A stretch of DNA of 64,000 nucleotides, taken from the NCBI RefSeq assembly GCF_009914755.1, contig NC_060930.1, one strand, 5' to 3'. The notes under the pieces were generated by a model that was not told where the DNA came from, ran no database searches, and saw only the letters and a list, made by a program, of their open reading frames with translations. The position numbers were made by a program, and so were the translations under genes. Below are positions 14,450 through 29,270 of the stretch, one piece after another. Numbering within the stretch: the stretch's first letter is position 1; every line of letters begins with the position of its first letter. Source of the stretch: the human T2T-CHM13v2.0 reference genome, Homo sapiens.

Positions 14450-15310
14450 TCATCTTACAATCATAAATTCAAACCCAAATAGATTACTTTCTGAAGTCTC
14501 CTTTCTGTCAGTGGCATCAACATTCTCTCAATTCCATGTAATGTAGATTTATTCACTGATTACCACAGACACTGTGGCTGGGTTTGGAGTAGACCATGAC
14601 CCATTCTCCTTTATTTCTTGCACCTAGTCTTAATAGATCTTTTTCAATATCACTTACATCTCTCTTTCCTTTTCCATTTCACTTATACCAAGTTAGTCTA
14701 AGGCCTCCTTACTATCATCTGAATCATGATGGAAGACCTTAGTTTATCCTGCTTCTTATCCAGCTTAAGGGTCCTGAAATTTAACTCTTCATCAGAACTT
14801 TCTAGTGATTTCCCCCCAGACTACTCCATTAAGTCTGAGAGCTTCTGCCTGTCCTGAGGCTTTCCATATTCCAACCTTACCTATCTTCATTCTTGTCTCC
14901 TTTCTCTTAGACAAACCCTCCACCCCTGCAGCCTAATCTTGGCATATATGCCCACCACAGTCTCTTGGCTTCAGTATTTTTCCTATATGGACACTCTTCC
15001 TCTGTATCTATCCAAGTCCAGCAAGACCTTAGAGGTCAAGGCCATCTGCCACCCCCTTTCTAAGACTTGTTTGACTATTTCTTCCTATACTTGTTTCTCT
15101 CTTCCTGAACTTCTACAACAGTAACAATCTGTGCCAATTATCACCCTTGCTTATCTATGCCTCTTGTTCACAATCATTCACGAGTGCATTCATCTTCAAT
15201 TAAACTGTAAACTCCTTGAAGAGAGAGATCACAGCATGCTGAGTCTCTATCTCATCAAGTTCCCTGAACGTGGTAAACACTGATTGAAGGAAAAATAAAT
15301 GCTTTGTTGA
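14450..15310 (+). mobile_element. L2 fragments
   Basis: L2 3'-end-like text, e.g. actgtaaactccttgaagagagagatc; highly diverged. Confidence 0.5.
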
Positions 15311-17076
15311 TTTATTGGCATAAGTGTATTTAATATTAGCTTTAATTAGGTTTTCACAAGGCTTAACTTACTTTTCAATATATGCATCCTTCTTGGGCAA
15401 GTAACTTACATTCTTTAATAAGCCGAATAGAAGAAATGCTATAACCTGCTTTTAAAGTAAAAATTGAGACACAATATGATGAGTATGATGTACTTTTCAA
15501 GGCAATGGTACAGTATTTGAAATCAGGCCTGTTCTAGAAAAATCTAAAATATTTGGAAAAAATATCACAAGATCTCCTAAATTCATCATATTTCTAATAC
15601 TTAAATATCTTGAGCCCCAAGAAGGGGAATCAGGACAATATTGGCTATAGAAGCTGACAATGGGATTGATGGCCCAAGGAAAGTGACAGGAACCTTCCGC
15701 CCACACAAGTACCATGTCATTTTTCCACGAACTGGGCCTGCAGTGATTAACTATGTGTACTTGAGAACGCTTCCAAAGGTTTGAGCAATCCATCTGGCAG
15801 AGGCGTTTGACACTATGGGATTTGTTATTGCGGTGCTGTGCCAGCACTGAGACTTATTTAATTGCCTTAGTCATCAGGCAGCAAGCAGTGCCACTAATCT
15901 TGGATCTTACTGAGTGGCGTCTGGCTTGTGCGTTTCAAAGACCAAACAAACAAAACCAAACAACGGCAAAATTCTCCCACATTTGGGTCTCAGGTCTGGA
16001 GGTTCTGACACCACCTCCCAACCACTCCTGCAATTAAACTGTAAGCATCAACCCTGTGTGAAAGAAGCAGAACTGAGATGGAAATGACAAGAATGGAAGG
16101 CTCCCAAAAGGCTTGTCTCCCTAGAACACAACTGCCCTGTCACACATGAAAGGTCTCCAAATTGCCAGTAATTTCTCTATATTTGAGCAAAGTCTCTAAG
16201 ATGCCCCAGTTTAAACACAAATGTATTACCTGCCTAGTTACCTGTTAACTCCTTAGTTCTCTGCTCCTATCTGTGAGAACTAGCTAACTTCCTTTGGTTG
16301 GATACTGAGAGAATTGAAATCAAGTGAATTGATTGTTTCGATGGGTTCAAAAATGCAAAGGCTGTGACCAAGGCATACCATGGGCTAGGAATAAGAGGTA
16401 TAGAAGGATGTGTTCTGAGAAACTAGCCAGCATGATGAGACGGAAGAGGAGCTGGGAGAAGAGAAAACTTCCTACTTCATGGTTTTGCCTATATCTGACT
16501 TAACATTCAAACCTTCATATAGCAGAGATCATTAGACTAGAGCTAGCCATTGTTCTGTGAAGCTCTTTAACTTTGCCAGTTGACACATTAGAAACTTACT
16601 CAAAACTTCCTCCCAACTTCTAAAAGTTCAGCCAAGAAAAAAGAATTTAGAAGGCAAGGCAGGGAAGATAAAAACCAGACATTCTGTTTCCCAAAAAATC
16701 GACTTCCTTCTTCCCTTTGAAAATCTCCTTTTCTGCAAAATATTGCCCTATTGTGGGAGATTTTGCTCTTCTACCTTAAAAACTCCTGGAGTCCTCCTTG
16801 CACTGTTTTGAGATGTCTCTAGGATAAAATAATCCCAAGACAACTGAACTCCTTGTTGCCCATGGTAGGAGAAGTAAAAAGCAATGAGACAGGACTGAGG
16901 AAAGTCTCACATGAATGGGCAGCCTCCCCCTGGGAGGAATAACTGGCCAGAAGGGATATGAGGGGCTCTGGGGTGGCAGCCATGAGGTAGAGGATGGGGA
17001 AACACCTTCAGGCACACCAGATAACTCTCTAGGATCATCCCACCTGCCCACCATTGAGTTGAGACCTCTTATTTAA

Positions 17077-17425
<349 letters not shown>

Positions 17426-18394
17426 AATATTTTGGTTTACTCTAATGGGCACACAGTTGTTAAAGTATCAGATATTGTAAAATTAATCATGATATATAAT
17501 AAATACCACTACCTTCCCATCCCTTTTAAACTGTCACTTTTCTATCTTATAATAAAATTGCCTTTCCTATCAAGACTCTGAGAGGAAAAATGTCACTGGA
17601 TAAGGTCACAAATATAATTCATCTCTCTATGAAATTTTCAGAAGTGGAAATTAAGGCAAACTTCATTCGTTAGCAAAATAAATCAAGGAATTACTTATCC
17701 ACAAAAACAAACTTTTGGATGCCCAGTTACATTAACAGACAAAAAAGAAAAGAAGAAGAAAGATAATATTTCCAGGTTGTGCCCTCTAAGAGCATTCTTT
17801 TGACTGTTGTGATGCACTGATCTGTCATAACAAATTCAGATTGGCCCACCTTAGCCCCTCGGCCTGGCATGGAAGACAGCAGATTGGTTGCAGCTGGTCC
17901 ACAATGGTGTCACTGGCTCACCCAGCCAGAGCTTATGAAAAACCTCAGTCTGGATCGCCAAGATGTCTTCCTCAAAATGATCCCATAGAGCTGCCACTCT
18001 GACAATACCAAGAAGGTCTTGAAAAGGACGGGGTTTGGAATACTATAGAATTATATAAGTGCTTCCTTTGCAACTCATCCTTCACCTTGGCAGGCATGCA
18101 TCCTCAAGTTCAGTTCAGGACTTGCAATGACCAAGAGACCAGTTGATTTGGCTCCATTGACCTGGAGTGGATTCCTGGCTGAAAACCCAGGGCACTGACT
18201 TGAATGGTCAGATTCCCAAAATATAAAAGGAAACAGCAAGAGGAAAGGAGAAGGAGAATGGGGTGTGTGTGCACGTGTGTGTATGCATGTGTTAGTGCAG
18301 TTTTAGAGGCCTGTGTGGGTGAGAAAGGAGAGTGACACAAAACAGATCAGAAACCACGCCTGGCCTCCCATGTTGAATTTCTCCCCTTATTCCC

Positions 18395-18846
18395 TGTACT
18401 GGATGTTTGTCATTTGCCTCTCCAGCCTCAGTTTCTCTCTATTGCCTTAGGAAGCTTAATGTCAACAAGGATTCCCCATACCCTCTGGCTTCCAGTGGAA
18501 TCAGCCAATGAATCAGTGGGCCCACTGGCAGGAGTTCTGAAAGCTGGAAGAGAGGGTGGTTGTTGGCAGGGGTTGGCTGCGTCCTTCTGTGAAAGCCACA
18601 GCTTTTACCAGGTGACTTCTCCGTGCTACCCTCTCGATGTTCTGGTGACTCGGCTCTCATTTTGCCCCTCAGACCAAGGGGTAGTGATGATGGATCTGTG
18701 CTGTTGCCAGTTTGGGAATCCTGCACTATTCTTTGTTGGTTCCCCTAAACCCTGCCTGCACCTCTAAATAATCTCTTTATTAAACTCTTCCCAAATCAAA
18801 TTGTTTAAATATGGCATTGGTTTCCCATCATGAGTTGGACAGATAT
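18395..18846 (+). mobile_element. LTR33-like ERVL solo LTR
   Basis: ctctggcttccagtggaatcagccaatg and taaataatctctttattaaactcttc motifs. Confidence 0.55.
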
Positions 18847-18953
18847 GTTCTACAAATATATGAGTTTTTGCAAAGGAGGTGACAGAGATTGAACTTGAGA
18901 AAGGCAAGTTAAAATTATAGTAGTATCAGTCCCAGTTCTAGGGCTATTGATGG

Positions 18954-19353
18954 TATTAAATCAAGTTTAGCCTAAAGCTGCCTCCTGACAATGTTTTAAG
19001 TTCAGCCTAAAGGTTTCTCTGTGCATCATGAACTATAACAAATGGAGGTGTACACAGACCGTAGCCCACACTTGTGCCAATCATGGAGTTTTGGCCAATC
19101 AAATGTAGCTGACTGTTCTAACCATGTTCAAATAAGGCAAACGGTGTACTGTAATCAATCTGGCTGTTTCTGTACCTCACTTCCCTTTTCCGTACATCAT
19201 TTTCCTTTTTCTGTCCATAAATTGTCTTCCACCACATGGTTGCACTGGAGTCTCTGAGCATACTCTGGGTCAGGAGGCTGCCCAATTCACAAATCTTTCA
19301 TTGCTCAATTGAACTCTTTTAAATTTAATTCAGCTGAAGTTTTTATTTTATCA
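18954..19353 (+). mobile_element. MER57B-like solo LTR
   Basis: tattaaatcaagtttagcctaaagctgcctcc...ttttatca; flanks atgg/gtgg. Confidence 0.85.
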
Positions 19354-22042
19354 GTGGCAATGAAAGAGACCCATTCTTTCATGTCTACACATGAACAAAT
19401 AGAAAAAGCAGTGAATTAAAAGTCAGAAAACTTTGGATCTAGTCTGGAATTTATCCCACACTGGCTACATGGCCTTGGTCAATTAATTTACCTTTTGTAG
19501 GACTTAGTTTTCTCTTTTATATAATATAAATAATCTGCTCAACATACTTCATGGCACTGTTGGGAGATTCAAATATCAAAATGCTTTGAAAAAAGGCTGT
19601 TCCATGCTTATCTATTGTAAAAACTCAGTATGTTTTTCCAAGCATAGCAGTAAATCAGCTCCTTTGAAGATTTTACCAAGTCTCCCAGGAAGAATTAATT
19701 CTCCTTCTTTCATTTTCTCAAAATTCAAACTATTTTATACAGAGACTTTGATCAGTCAAGAGCGCTTAGAAGCAGGAAAGTCATGGGAACCTCAGACTTA
19801 GAGTGAGCATTTTGAATATCATGGAGCCTGATGAGGAAATGAACCTGTGGAGAGAAGGGGGTGGAGGAAGCATAGAGTGAGAAGTCAAGAGAAGAGGCCA
19901 CACTGGCACAGACAAATGGAAATTTTATTCCTGGAAGCTTTGCAGATCCTAGAAGTCAGGGTTTGTATCTTGTTTACCAACCTTAGATTCCAAGACGCAT
20001 CTCAGTGTCATAAATCTCCTCTGCAGTTGAGCTAGCTTCAGTGGGTTTCTATTTCTTGACAATCCAGTGAGCTTTGATTGGAGAGCCATCCTTAGCCACC
20101 TTCCGTGGTCCTGGCAGGGCTGCTGAGACTGAGTGAGTGAAGCCTGGCCAGTTGGATGCCACTCGGCCACTGTGGGCCTGCCATGGCCACTTTCCATGTG
20201 TCAGATATGGCTTCAGGCTTGCCATATTTCTTGTATTCACAGACTTTCCTCTTGCTCATAAGGTTTCCACAGCTTGGATGGAATCTTCTTTCATCTCCTG
20301 TAGAGCTGTCCCTTTTCCTTTGTCATCAAGTATCATGATCATTTTGTGGTTGGCCACTTTATTCCCACGGCTCCTTGTCCCTTTTCTCTACAGGTTCTTG
20401 CTTGCTGTACAATTTCCAATGCCTCACGAGTGTCCAGGGAACAGAGCAGAAGAAGAAGAACATGTAAAGAATGAAGATTTAAGCAAGCAATTAATGTAGG
20501 CCAGCCCTAAGCTTGGGAGACCTCTGGTCTTAACTTTGCCTCCCAGATCTGAGTTAGGGCCTGTCTTTGCCAGGGGGCCTTGGTTGACAGTAATTCCAAT
20601 GGGCCCAGCTCATACTGAATCAAAAAGACAAGGTTAATTTGGGACTCCATTACTGATTTGCTTCTGGGGTCTGATAAAAGGGAACCTTAAACTATCTCCT
20701 AAGGCAGCTGAAGAACAATCTGAATTTCTCCAATGCTTGGAAGTAACTTTTTCCTAGTTCTTAGGAGGGGTAAGTTTCCAGGGACAGTTCTAGTACCTGG
20801 AGAGTCTCAGAATCAGAACTCATGATTCTAAGTTTAATATCTTAATACAACTCTAAGTTTAATATCAACTTTCTGTAGCAGTGCTTTGAGAAGTGATGAA
20901 GCAGAGAGGGGAAGGTAGGAACCTGCAGAAGGAGGAGGAGAAAAACGGGGCTTAGGAGCAGATGTGCTGCTTTATTCCTGTGAAAAGTGTTGCTTTTTAG
21001 AAACCATCTTGTCTATAAAGTAGTTTCTAAGGGAAAAACACATCTTTGAATTACAGTTGAAGTGCTGGCATTCTGCTTTAGGAACTTTATGCTAATGGTT
21101 TCATTAAATAATTATCCATAATAATAGATTCATTTCATGTTTGATTAATTATTAAAGAAATGAAGTAACATCCAGTTACAGAACCCACTAATAACCTTTA
21201 TAAATATTGCAAGTTGCAAACTTTCTGGGAGAAGTGGCCATTTAAAATTTTTCTTTCTTTTTTTCCTTCATATGGCTTTCACAATACAAATGATAGTACC
21301 GAGAAATATTGACAGTATGACCAACAACTTGGCTTTACTTCCAAGGATCATAACTGATCATCAGAGGTTATGCAATGAATGGCACTTGAGAGAGGGAAAA
21401 TCCAAAGGAGGAAATCTGAGTTCTTCGGCCAGATGTTCCATTTGTTCCCATCAGGCCCCTTTCTCCATCCCCCTCCCCTGACTGTGATCAGGGGTTCATT
21501 GCAGGCAGCTGCATTATCCTTCAATACATGAGCAAGTGAATATCCTTCAAACCTCAGAGTGATGAATATCTTGTCCAGTTACAAAGGGGTTTGTCCCTTG
21601 CTTTAAAGTGAGAATCCAAACTTTGAAGTTTATTACAAACTTTATTGGAAAAACTGAGTAACAACATACTGTTCAATGTCACAGTTTTTTTAAAAAAGAA
21701 TATAGGCGTCTTGAAAAAGAGGCAATGATAAACACATTTAACCTGTTGGTGCCTACTGAGCTGTAAGTCAAGCCATGAAATCTCAGGACCCTGGGAGCCT
21801 GTGAAGGATGTCTGGAATCACATTCTGGCTACATCACAAATTAAGTATTGACTTAAGGTGATTATTTAATATCTCTAAGCCTCAGTTCCTTATCTGCCAA
21901 AAAAAAAAAGGAGAGCGATATATCATTTCTCAGGGTTATCATGGAAATTAAAATAGATATTTTGTTTAAAAAAATGTTTACTGCAATGACTAGCACACAG
22001 GAAGCCTAATAATAATTTGTTGGTAGACACACTGCAAACTGT

Positions 22043-22239
22043 TGACCACAGATATGACCACGCATTCCTGTTCATCTGAACCACATTCAGTAACCTATGT
22101 TATGTAATCCAAACAGCGAGATGCGCTGTTTATATAAACAGCTGACTTCTTCTCTCTCCTGGAGGCCACCCCATGGCAATCATATCACAATCTTCCCTGG
22201 GGCTGGGCCAGTGACCCAGGAAGGGGATGATTTGACTCA
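22043..22239. promoter_or_regulatory. Enhancer-like motif cluster (RUNX x3, TEAD, bZIP, paired forkhead, AP-1)
   Basis: tgaccaca, tgaccacg, aaccaca, gcattcct, ttatgtaat, gctgtttatataaacagc, tgactca within about 200 bp of non-repeat sequence. Confidence 0.4.
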
Positions 22240-23330
22240 CCTGCTGGAAAGGAGGCAAGTTTTGTCCTTTTTGTTTTCAGTTTTTCTCTGTCTTTTGCCA
22301 CTTTGCAGTTCATTTCCTTTCATCCTGGCTTATCTCCTTTATCTATCTTTCCTCTTTCGGTCTAATCCATTCATTACCCTCTAATTTCCTAATTATGGCT
22401 TGTAAGCATAAGAATAGTACTAAGGACACCCCTGTTTTAGAGGAAAAAACTATCAATGTAACAAAACCCTGTGCCATCATCATAAATTCTTCAAAAGGGC
22501 CAAGCTAATCTCTCTGGATTATTGCCAAAGTCTCCATCTCTTGTCCCCCTTCCCCTAATCTCTCTCTTTTTTTCCTAATTAATAAACTTTTCTCTTCAAA
22601 TATCAATATGCAAGGTAAAATAAAACATTTAAAACCTAATTCATTAAAGCATTATTGGGTTTATTCTCTGTTTTATCTATTTATTCTGAAGCTTTCATCC
22701 TTTGATTCAGTAAAACCACAGTGGGAACTAAAGGGTCAAGGGAACATCACTATGCTGCAGGCATTGACCCGAGCCAGCTCAAGGAACTCAGTCTTGTTGG
22801 AAAGGCGGTGACAATGCAGAATGACATGTTCTTTAGTTCTTTAGTAGAAATTAGCGCTGGCAAGTAGCGAAGGTCTAGTGGATGCCAGGTGTGGTGGGTT
22901 ATTACTTTCTCTTTTAAGAAAAGTATTTTCAAAGTCTCCTTTGAGATAGGTTTGTGGATTAGAAACCATATGTGAAATATGAGCTGCATTACAGAAATGG
23001 TAGATAGTTTAGCAGCTGGCTGGCTAACTAGACCCAAAGGATATTAATGAATAGTCAGGTTAACCTAAATGGATTCCTAGTGGTGGACCACAGGACTCTG
23101 AGGCCTTGTCTTATGCATCTTTTGTATCAGTGGTTTAAATAAAGCCAGAAAAGACATACTCATAAATGTATACAGAAGTTACACACCTGCCAGAAACGGC
23201 TAATTCAAAAGGTGATGGAATCAGGACTTAAAGTGATCTCAGGATGTTGAGACATTGCATCAAAATAAATCAGATCCAATTTAAAAGGAAGGAGGGCCCC
23301 ATTTATGATTGCACTGTTGTGAATATTATT

Positions 23331-23475
23331 ATTTGTGCGATGTATATGAATTTCTTTTCCTGCAGCCAAGGGATCCCAAACTAAGGCAACTGATAAAATG
23401 TAATAACATTTGTGCTAGTTAATGTGGGTTTCTTTTCTTGCAACCAAGGGATTCCAAATTTAAGACAACTGATAA
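23331..23475 (+). repeat. Diverged tandem duplication, period about 77 bp
   Basis: atttgtgc...tttcttttc(c/t)tgca(g/a)ccaaggga...caactgataa occurs twice (23331, 23408). Confidence 0.85.
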
Positions 23476-23699
23476 CATCAACTGCTCAGGGGCCTAATCT
23501 CAGGGGAACTGCAGAGCTACGAGGGAGGGGCTTGGGGGAGCAGGTTTGGACTCTAGGTCCTGGTCTGTTCTCATCACAGCTTAGGCAAGGGCAGTGTGCT
23601 AATTAATTTTGTTTTAAGTAAAAAAGTGACATAAATAAAATTCAAAACCAGAAAAGAACATATGTTGACTATCATACTTACAAATTCCAGAGAAAAACC

Positions 23700-24070
23700 C
23701 ACTTCTGTCATAGCTGGAGCCAAGTGCTCAGTGCAGGCAGGAATCTGCCTCTCTCAATCTCTTGACTTTCATTTCCTGCATTAGTCTTTCTTAGATAGGT
23801 TCTTACCAAATGGTAGCAAGCATAGCCCTCACCTGCGATGTACATTCTATTAACTTAGCAGAACCAGAGCCCCATCAGAATAAAAATCCCTTTCTTATTA
23901 GTTCCAGCAGAGTCCTAGAGTGGGGTCTCATTCACCTGGCTTGGCTCACATCCCTGAACCAATTGGGGTGAGTGGCCTCACACAGGCCATGTGCCCACTC
24001 CTGGTTTGGAGGGTGTAGCGGAAGCAGATGGGATTATATCTATCTAAGCCCCATAAGGTAGGTTTCCACA
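23700..24070 (-). mobile_element. MLT1-type MaLR LTR remnant
   Basis: ctggcttggctcacatccctgaaccaat and related MLT1-like text. Confidence 0.5.
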
Positions 24071-24134
24071 TGAATGAGGAATCCTATGAATAGAAAGGGA
24101 GAAAAATGGATACTAGACCGGCAAGTATAACAGG

Positions 24135-24290
24135 TGTCCACCATGGAGGGAATATTCCCATTTTCATGATACTAATGTGAGAAATGGTTAGAAGAGCTAT
24201 AAAAGATGTCCACCATGGAGGGAATGTTCCTATTTTCATGAAACTAATTAAGAAGACTGGGTGAAAAATGGTGAGAAGAGCTACAGATGA
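24135..24290 (+). repeat. Tandem duplication, period 72 bp
   Basis: tgtccaccatggagggaat...agaagagcta at 24135 and 24207; second unit has about 12 extra bp. Confidence 0.9.
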
Positions 24291-24334
24291 GAAAATGAAG
24301 AGGCAGCGTGAGAGCAGCTTTGTGGCATGTGAGA

Positions 24335-24625
24335 TCACATGCCTCATCTATGGTGAGGGTTAGCTGCAGAATGGGATGAGGCTTGAGGAGGAAATAAAAA
24401 CAAGGAGCTCAAGACAGTGTTCACAAGAAGGACCCACCCCTATCATGTGGTGCTCAGAACATGCTTTGGAATTGGACAAAGTGGCTCAAAGGGTCAGTGG
24501 TGGATTACAGAGGAACAGTGGATAAGTCATGGATGAAAAGGAGAAATAAAAGGCAGAAGAATCAAAGTATAATTACACATGCTGGTTTGCTCAATAAATC
24601 CAAACATATTCAAGTACTGCCTGTA
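24335..24625 (+). repeat. 291-bp dispersed duplication, copy 1
   Basis: About 96% identical to 28362-28654. Confidence 0.95.
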
Positions 24626-25319
24626 AGAGTGAAGAGTTCTTTGTATGGAAGAGGGCACTGACTTTTGGTTTTTTTATATTCAGAGGACAGAAATGAGCAC
24701 TGGGTAGAAGATTCCAGAAGGCCAACTTTAGTTCAGTATATAAAAAAACTTTAAAATAACTCAAATTGTCCAACAACGGCTCAAGCATTGAGCAAGCTCT
24801 CCCCAAAGAGCAGAATGGAACAGGAATTCTCATTGATGAAGAACCTCTCCCTGGGTGAGAAGCTGAGTGAGACAGCCACCAAGATATCTATTTTATCTTT
24901 AAAGTCCTCAAGGTCCTCTCGTTCTTTAATGTTTACATGATATGCCAGTCATCCGATGCTCTACCTGGACAGCCTCATTGGAATCTGGCTACTTCAACCT
25001 TCTTGTTGCTGGAAAGGCCTAGGTAGCTTCTGTGCAGTTGTTTTGTGTTTCTTGACTGAAGTTTAAGCACGAAGAAGTCTCAGATATGCACCCTGTGGCC
25101 TGATCTGGAGGTTTCTATTTACAAACACTTCGATCGCATTATGACTGGGTGAAGCTGATTAAGAGGAAGGGAGAACAAGTTTATGTTCTGCAATGAGCAA
25201 ATCTGGCGAGCCTGCAAAATTTTGTAATGAATGTTTCTTTAAACCACTTTATGGTCTCTGAATGATGATAATGATGATGATAATGATTATAATGTCAATT
25301 TATTCCATGCTTACTCCTA

Positions 25320-25740
25320 CCAATAGCTAACATTTATTGCTATTACTAAAATAGCTGACAGCAAGTACCAGAAACAATTCTAAGTACTTTACATGTATTT
25401 TCTCATTTAATACTCACAAGATCCCTATGAGGCAGGTACTGTAATTACTGTCATCTCATCTATATTAGAGATGAGCAGATGAAGGCACAGAGTCTAATAA
25501 CTTGCCCAGGGTCATAGAGTTGTAAGTAGCAATACTGGGATGTGCCACAAATGTTTTCATAAATGTTATCTTCTTTAGATTATACAACAGCCCTATGAAG
25601 AAGGTATAAATAGTTCCATTTTGTAAATGATGAAAATGGATACCAATAAATTTCTTGCCCAAGGTCCCATCACTCAGCTGGCAAGTAGTGAATCAGAATT
25701 CGAGTCAATCTGCCTGTAAAACTTGTGTTTGACTGCCTCC
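25320..25740 (-). mobile_element. MIR elements
   Basis: MIR core text, e.g. cttgcccagggtcatagag and cttgcccaaggtcccatcactcagc. Confidence 0.7.
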
Positions 25741-26437
25741 CATATCCCCAAATTCAGAACATTAAATGCACCTTCTAAAGTGGTTCTGGCCTCTGGTGTG
25801 AACTCTTTCTTCTTTGGGGAAGATTCTGCCACACTGTCCTCTCTGGAGCATAGCTGGTGGCATCAAGTGCCCATGGAGCTCTTCCTGGGTTCCAGAGAGT
25901 GGCAAGGAAATCCTCAGACTTTCTCTCCTGCTCTGTCTCAAGACTGAACTTCCTTGGGAGATACCACAGTTCTCTGACCCCTGGTCTCTGGGTTTTCAGG
26001 TAGTCTCCCAAGAGTGGTGTTTCTTCACTTTTCTACTGCCAAGGACCATTAGAAGGAGCCAAGGGTCATTGCCCAGGTGACATGTCCCGTTTTCCTAGAA
26101 CACACATTTATGTAGCAGTTGATAAGAATTTAGAGAAAGGAGTGAAAGGCCAGCAACCATGACTTATCTTGCTAGAGTGTCTTATGCCTTATGGCAAATC
26201 TGCTACATTTTCCATCCTCTTCAGGAGAAAATGAAGCAACTGGCTACCCAGGGGCCTCCAAATCTTTATAATTAATCTTTTGGTGGCCCTGAGTAGTGAG
26301 CCATGTTCTATCGATCAAGAATCAAGAAACAAAATAAACTCCATAAATTCTCATGAATGATGTATATGACATCAGGAGAAATATATTTATACATATAGGA
26401 TCTCGATTAAAGTATGTGTTGAGAATCTGTCTGCCTG

Positions 26438-26808
<371 letters not shown>

Positions 26809-27878
26809 TCTTTATTATTTCTTACTCCATGTTTTAGTCTACACTTCATAAAGGTTATTGAGCTGAATGCAGTGACTTTTCCCAGTGACCATCCTGGAAA
26901 CAGTTCTAAAATGCTGATCATGACCTGGGTTCTGGGTGGGAAGATCATCCCTGAAATGTGCCAGGGAAAGAAGGTCCCGAGTCCCATCAGCCTAGGAAAT
27001 GGCCCTGTCAGTGTGAAGAGGGCCAAGGTCATGACTAGGAAGGCAAACAAGCTAGGAGGGTAAGAATAGAACAGAAATAATTAGAAATGAGCTCAACAAT
27101 AAGATCCCTAATAGATTTGCCAAAAACATGTAACATCAGCTGCATTTTGTATTTGCATTTGTTTCCATACTATAATTTTCATCAAGGTAGGAAGAAAAGA
27201 AACCTTATGAGCTCTTTGTAATAGCTGTTCTCCTGTACCACCTCTACTCAGATGATAACATTTCTGCCCAGGCTCACTTCTCCTGGCAAACAAATTTCTC
27301 AAAATAAAACTCAGTTCAAAATTTCAAGATGATGGCACAAACAAATGTATAAGAATTTAGAGACTCACATATCATCTTAGCTCGTTATTGTTGTTGTACA
27401 AAGTCGAATGAACTGTGTATGTTGTTGTTATCAACTTAATTCATCTTGGCTGCTGCTTTCACGGGGCTGTCCAGGTCTCCGAGGCATTACCCATTATATT
27501 ACTTCTGAGGTCTGGCCAAGGAATTCAGAGAGCACAGAATGCTCATTATTTGATCCCTGGTGTCTGAAAAAGTGTTCTTCAGAATCATGAAGGAAGAGAG
27601 CTCAAAGACCTGCCTGGTTGTCATTTATCTAGAATTAGTAACCAACAGGAAGAGTCTCATAGACCCGGCGATGTTATAGAGAAGTTTGCCAGATTAGCTG
27701 AGAGATGAACAATACGTCATTAGCTTAATCTCACTCTGAATAACTTGACTTTTTGGTTAGAATCCTTTGACACTTGTTTTTTTTCAATATTTAACTCAAA
27801 GGGCCTAAAGCATTCTTTTCTGCTTACAGGAGATGTGTTGTTGGTATTTTTGGTGGCATAGCATAATGGGAAGAAATC

Positions 27879-28203
<325 letters not shown>

Positions 28204-28361
28204 CTAATTCATGACTCAAAAACATAGAAGCTGTTTGAGGAACATGAATCTGAAATTTCTCATGAAGCTTCTTTCTTGCCTGTGTTCTCTTCCGTGGAGA
28301 TATCGGCTCTACTGTATACAAGCAATCTTATTCCCTTCATGTCACCCCGTCCAAACTTAAT

Positions 28362-28654
28362 TCACATGCCTCATCTGTGGTGAGGGGGTTAGCTGCAGAG
28401 TGGGATGAGGCTTGAGGAGGAAATAAAAACAAGGAGCTCAAGACAGTGTTCACAAGAAGGACCCACCCCTATCATGTGGTGCTCAGGACATGCTTTGGAA
28501 CTGGACAAAGTGGCTCAAAGGGTCAGTGGTGGATTACAGAGGAACAGTGGATGAGTCATGGATGAAAAGGAGAAATAAAAGGCAGAAGAGTCAAAATGTA
28601 ATTACACATGCAGATTTGCTCAATAAATCCAAACATATTCAAGTACTGTCTGTA
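28362..28654 (+). repeat. 291-bp dispersed duplication, copy 2
   Basis: About 96% identical to 24335-24625. Confidence 0.95.
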
Positions 28655-29270
28655 TGCTTGCTGCCATGCTCAAAGGTCTGTCGTAACATTGCCCTAGGGA
28701 ATTTAAATGACATGTAGACTTCCAAGTAGCTCCAGATAATTCTGATTCTGCAGGTCAGGGGAGAAGTCCAGCATTTTCTATAATACCCATATGACTCTGA
28801 TGTAGACAGTCAGTGAGGCATCCTTCACAGTGCTATTTTAGGCACCATTAGGGGTTTGTGTTACCCATACTAGGTTTAGGGTAGAAAAAAATGATTTGAT
28901 CATCCTATTTGTGTGTGTGTGACTTGGTAATAAAGCTTACTATTTGATACATGATTATCTTATAGTGCCTTTTTTTTGTAATCATGGCAAAATATTCTCA
29001 GATAACTTAGTTTCAAAAACCATGGAAAATAAGTACTTTTACATAAATTAACTAATTTGGAAATGCATATGAGAAAGATTGTGTAACACAAGGAATTAGA
29101 GAAGCCAGAATGTGGTGGTGATGGGGAATATTTGGGGAAGCGTGAGCTTGATGAGTATCAGGCCATGCCTGCACACAGAAGGGTGCCAGGGGCAGGTGGA
29201 GGGGTCAGTAACTGCTTAGGAGTGAATATGCTCTGATTTATTCTGAGGTAAAGCAGAAACCCCAAATCTC

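Noticed and set aside
18414-20499. 117-aa and 120-aa ORFs
   Set aside because: First lies in an LTR33-like element; second has no recognisable domain or exon support; both have non-ATG starts
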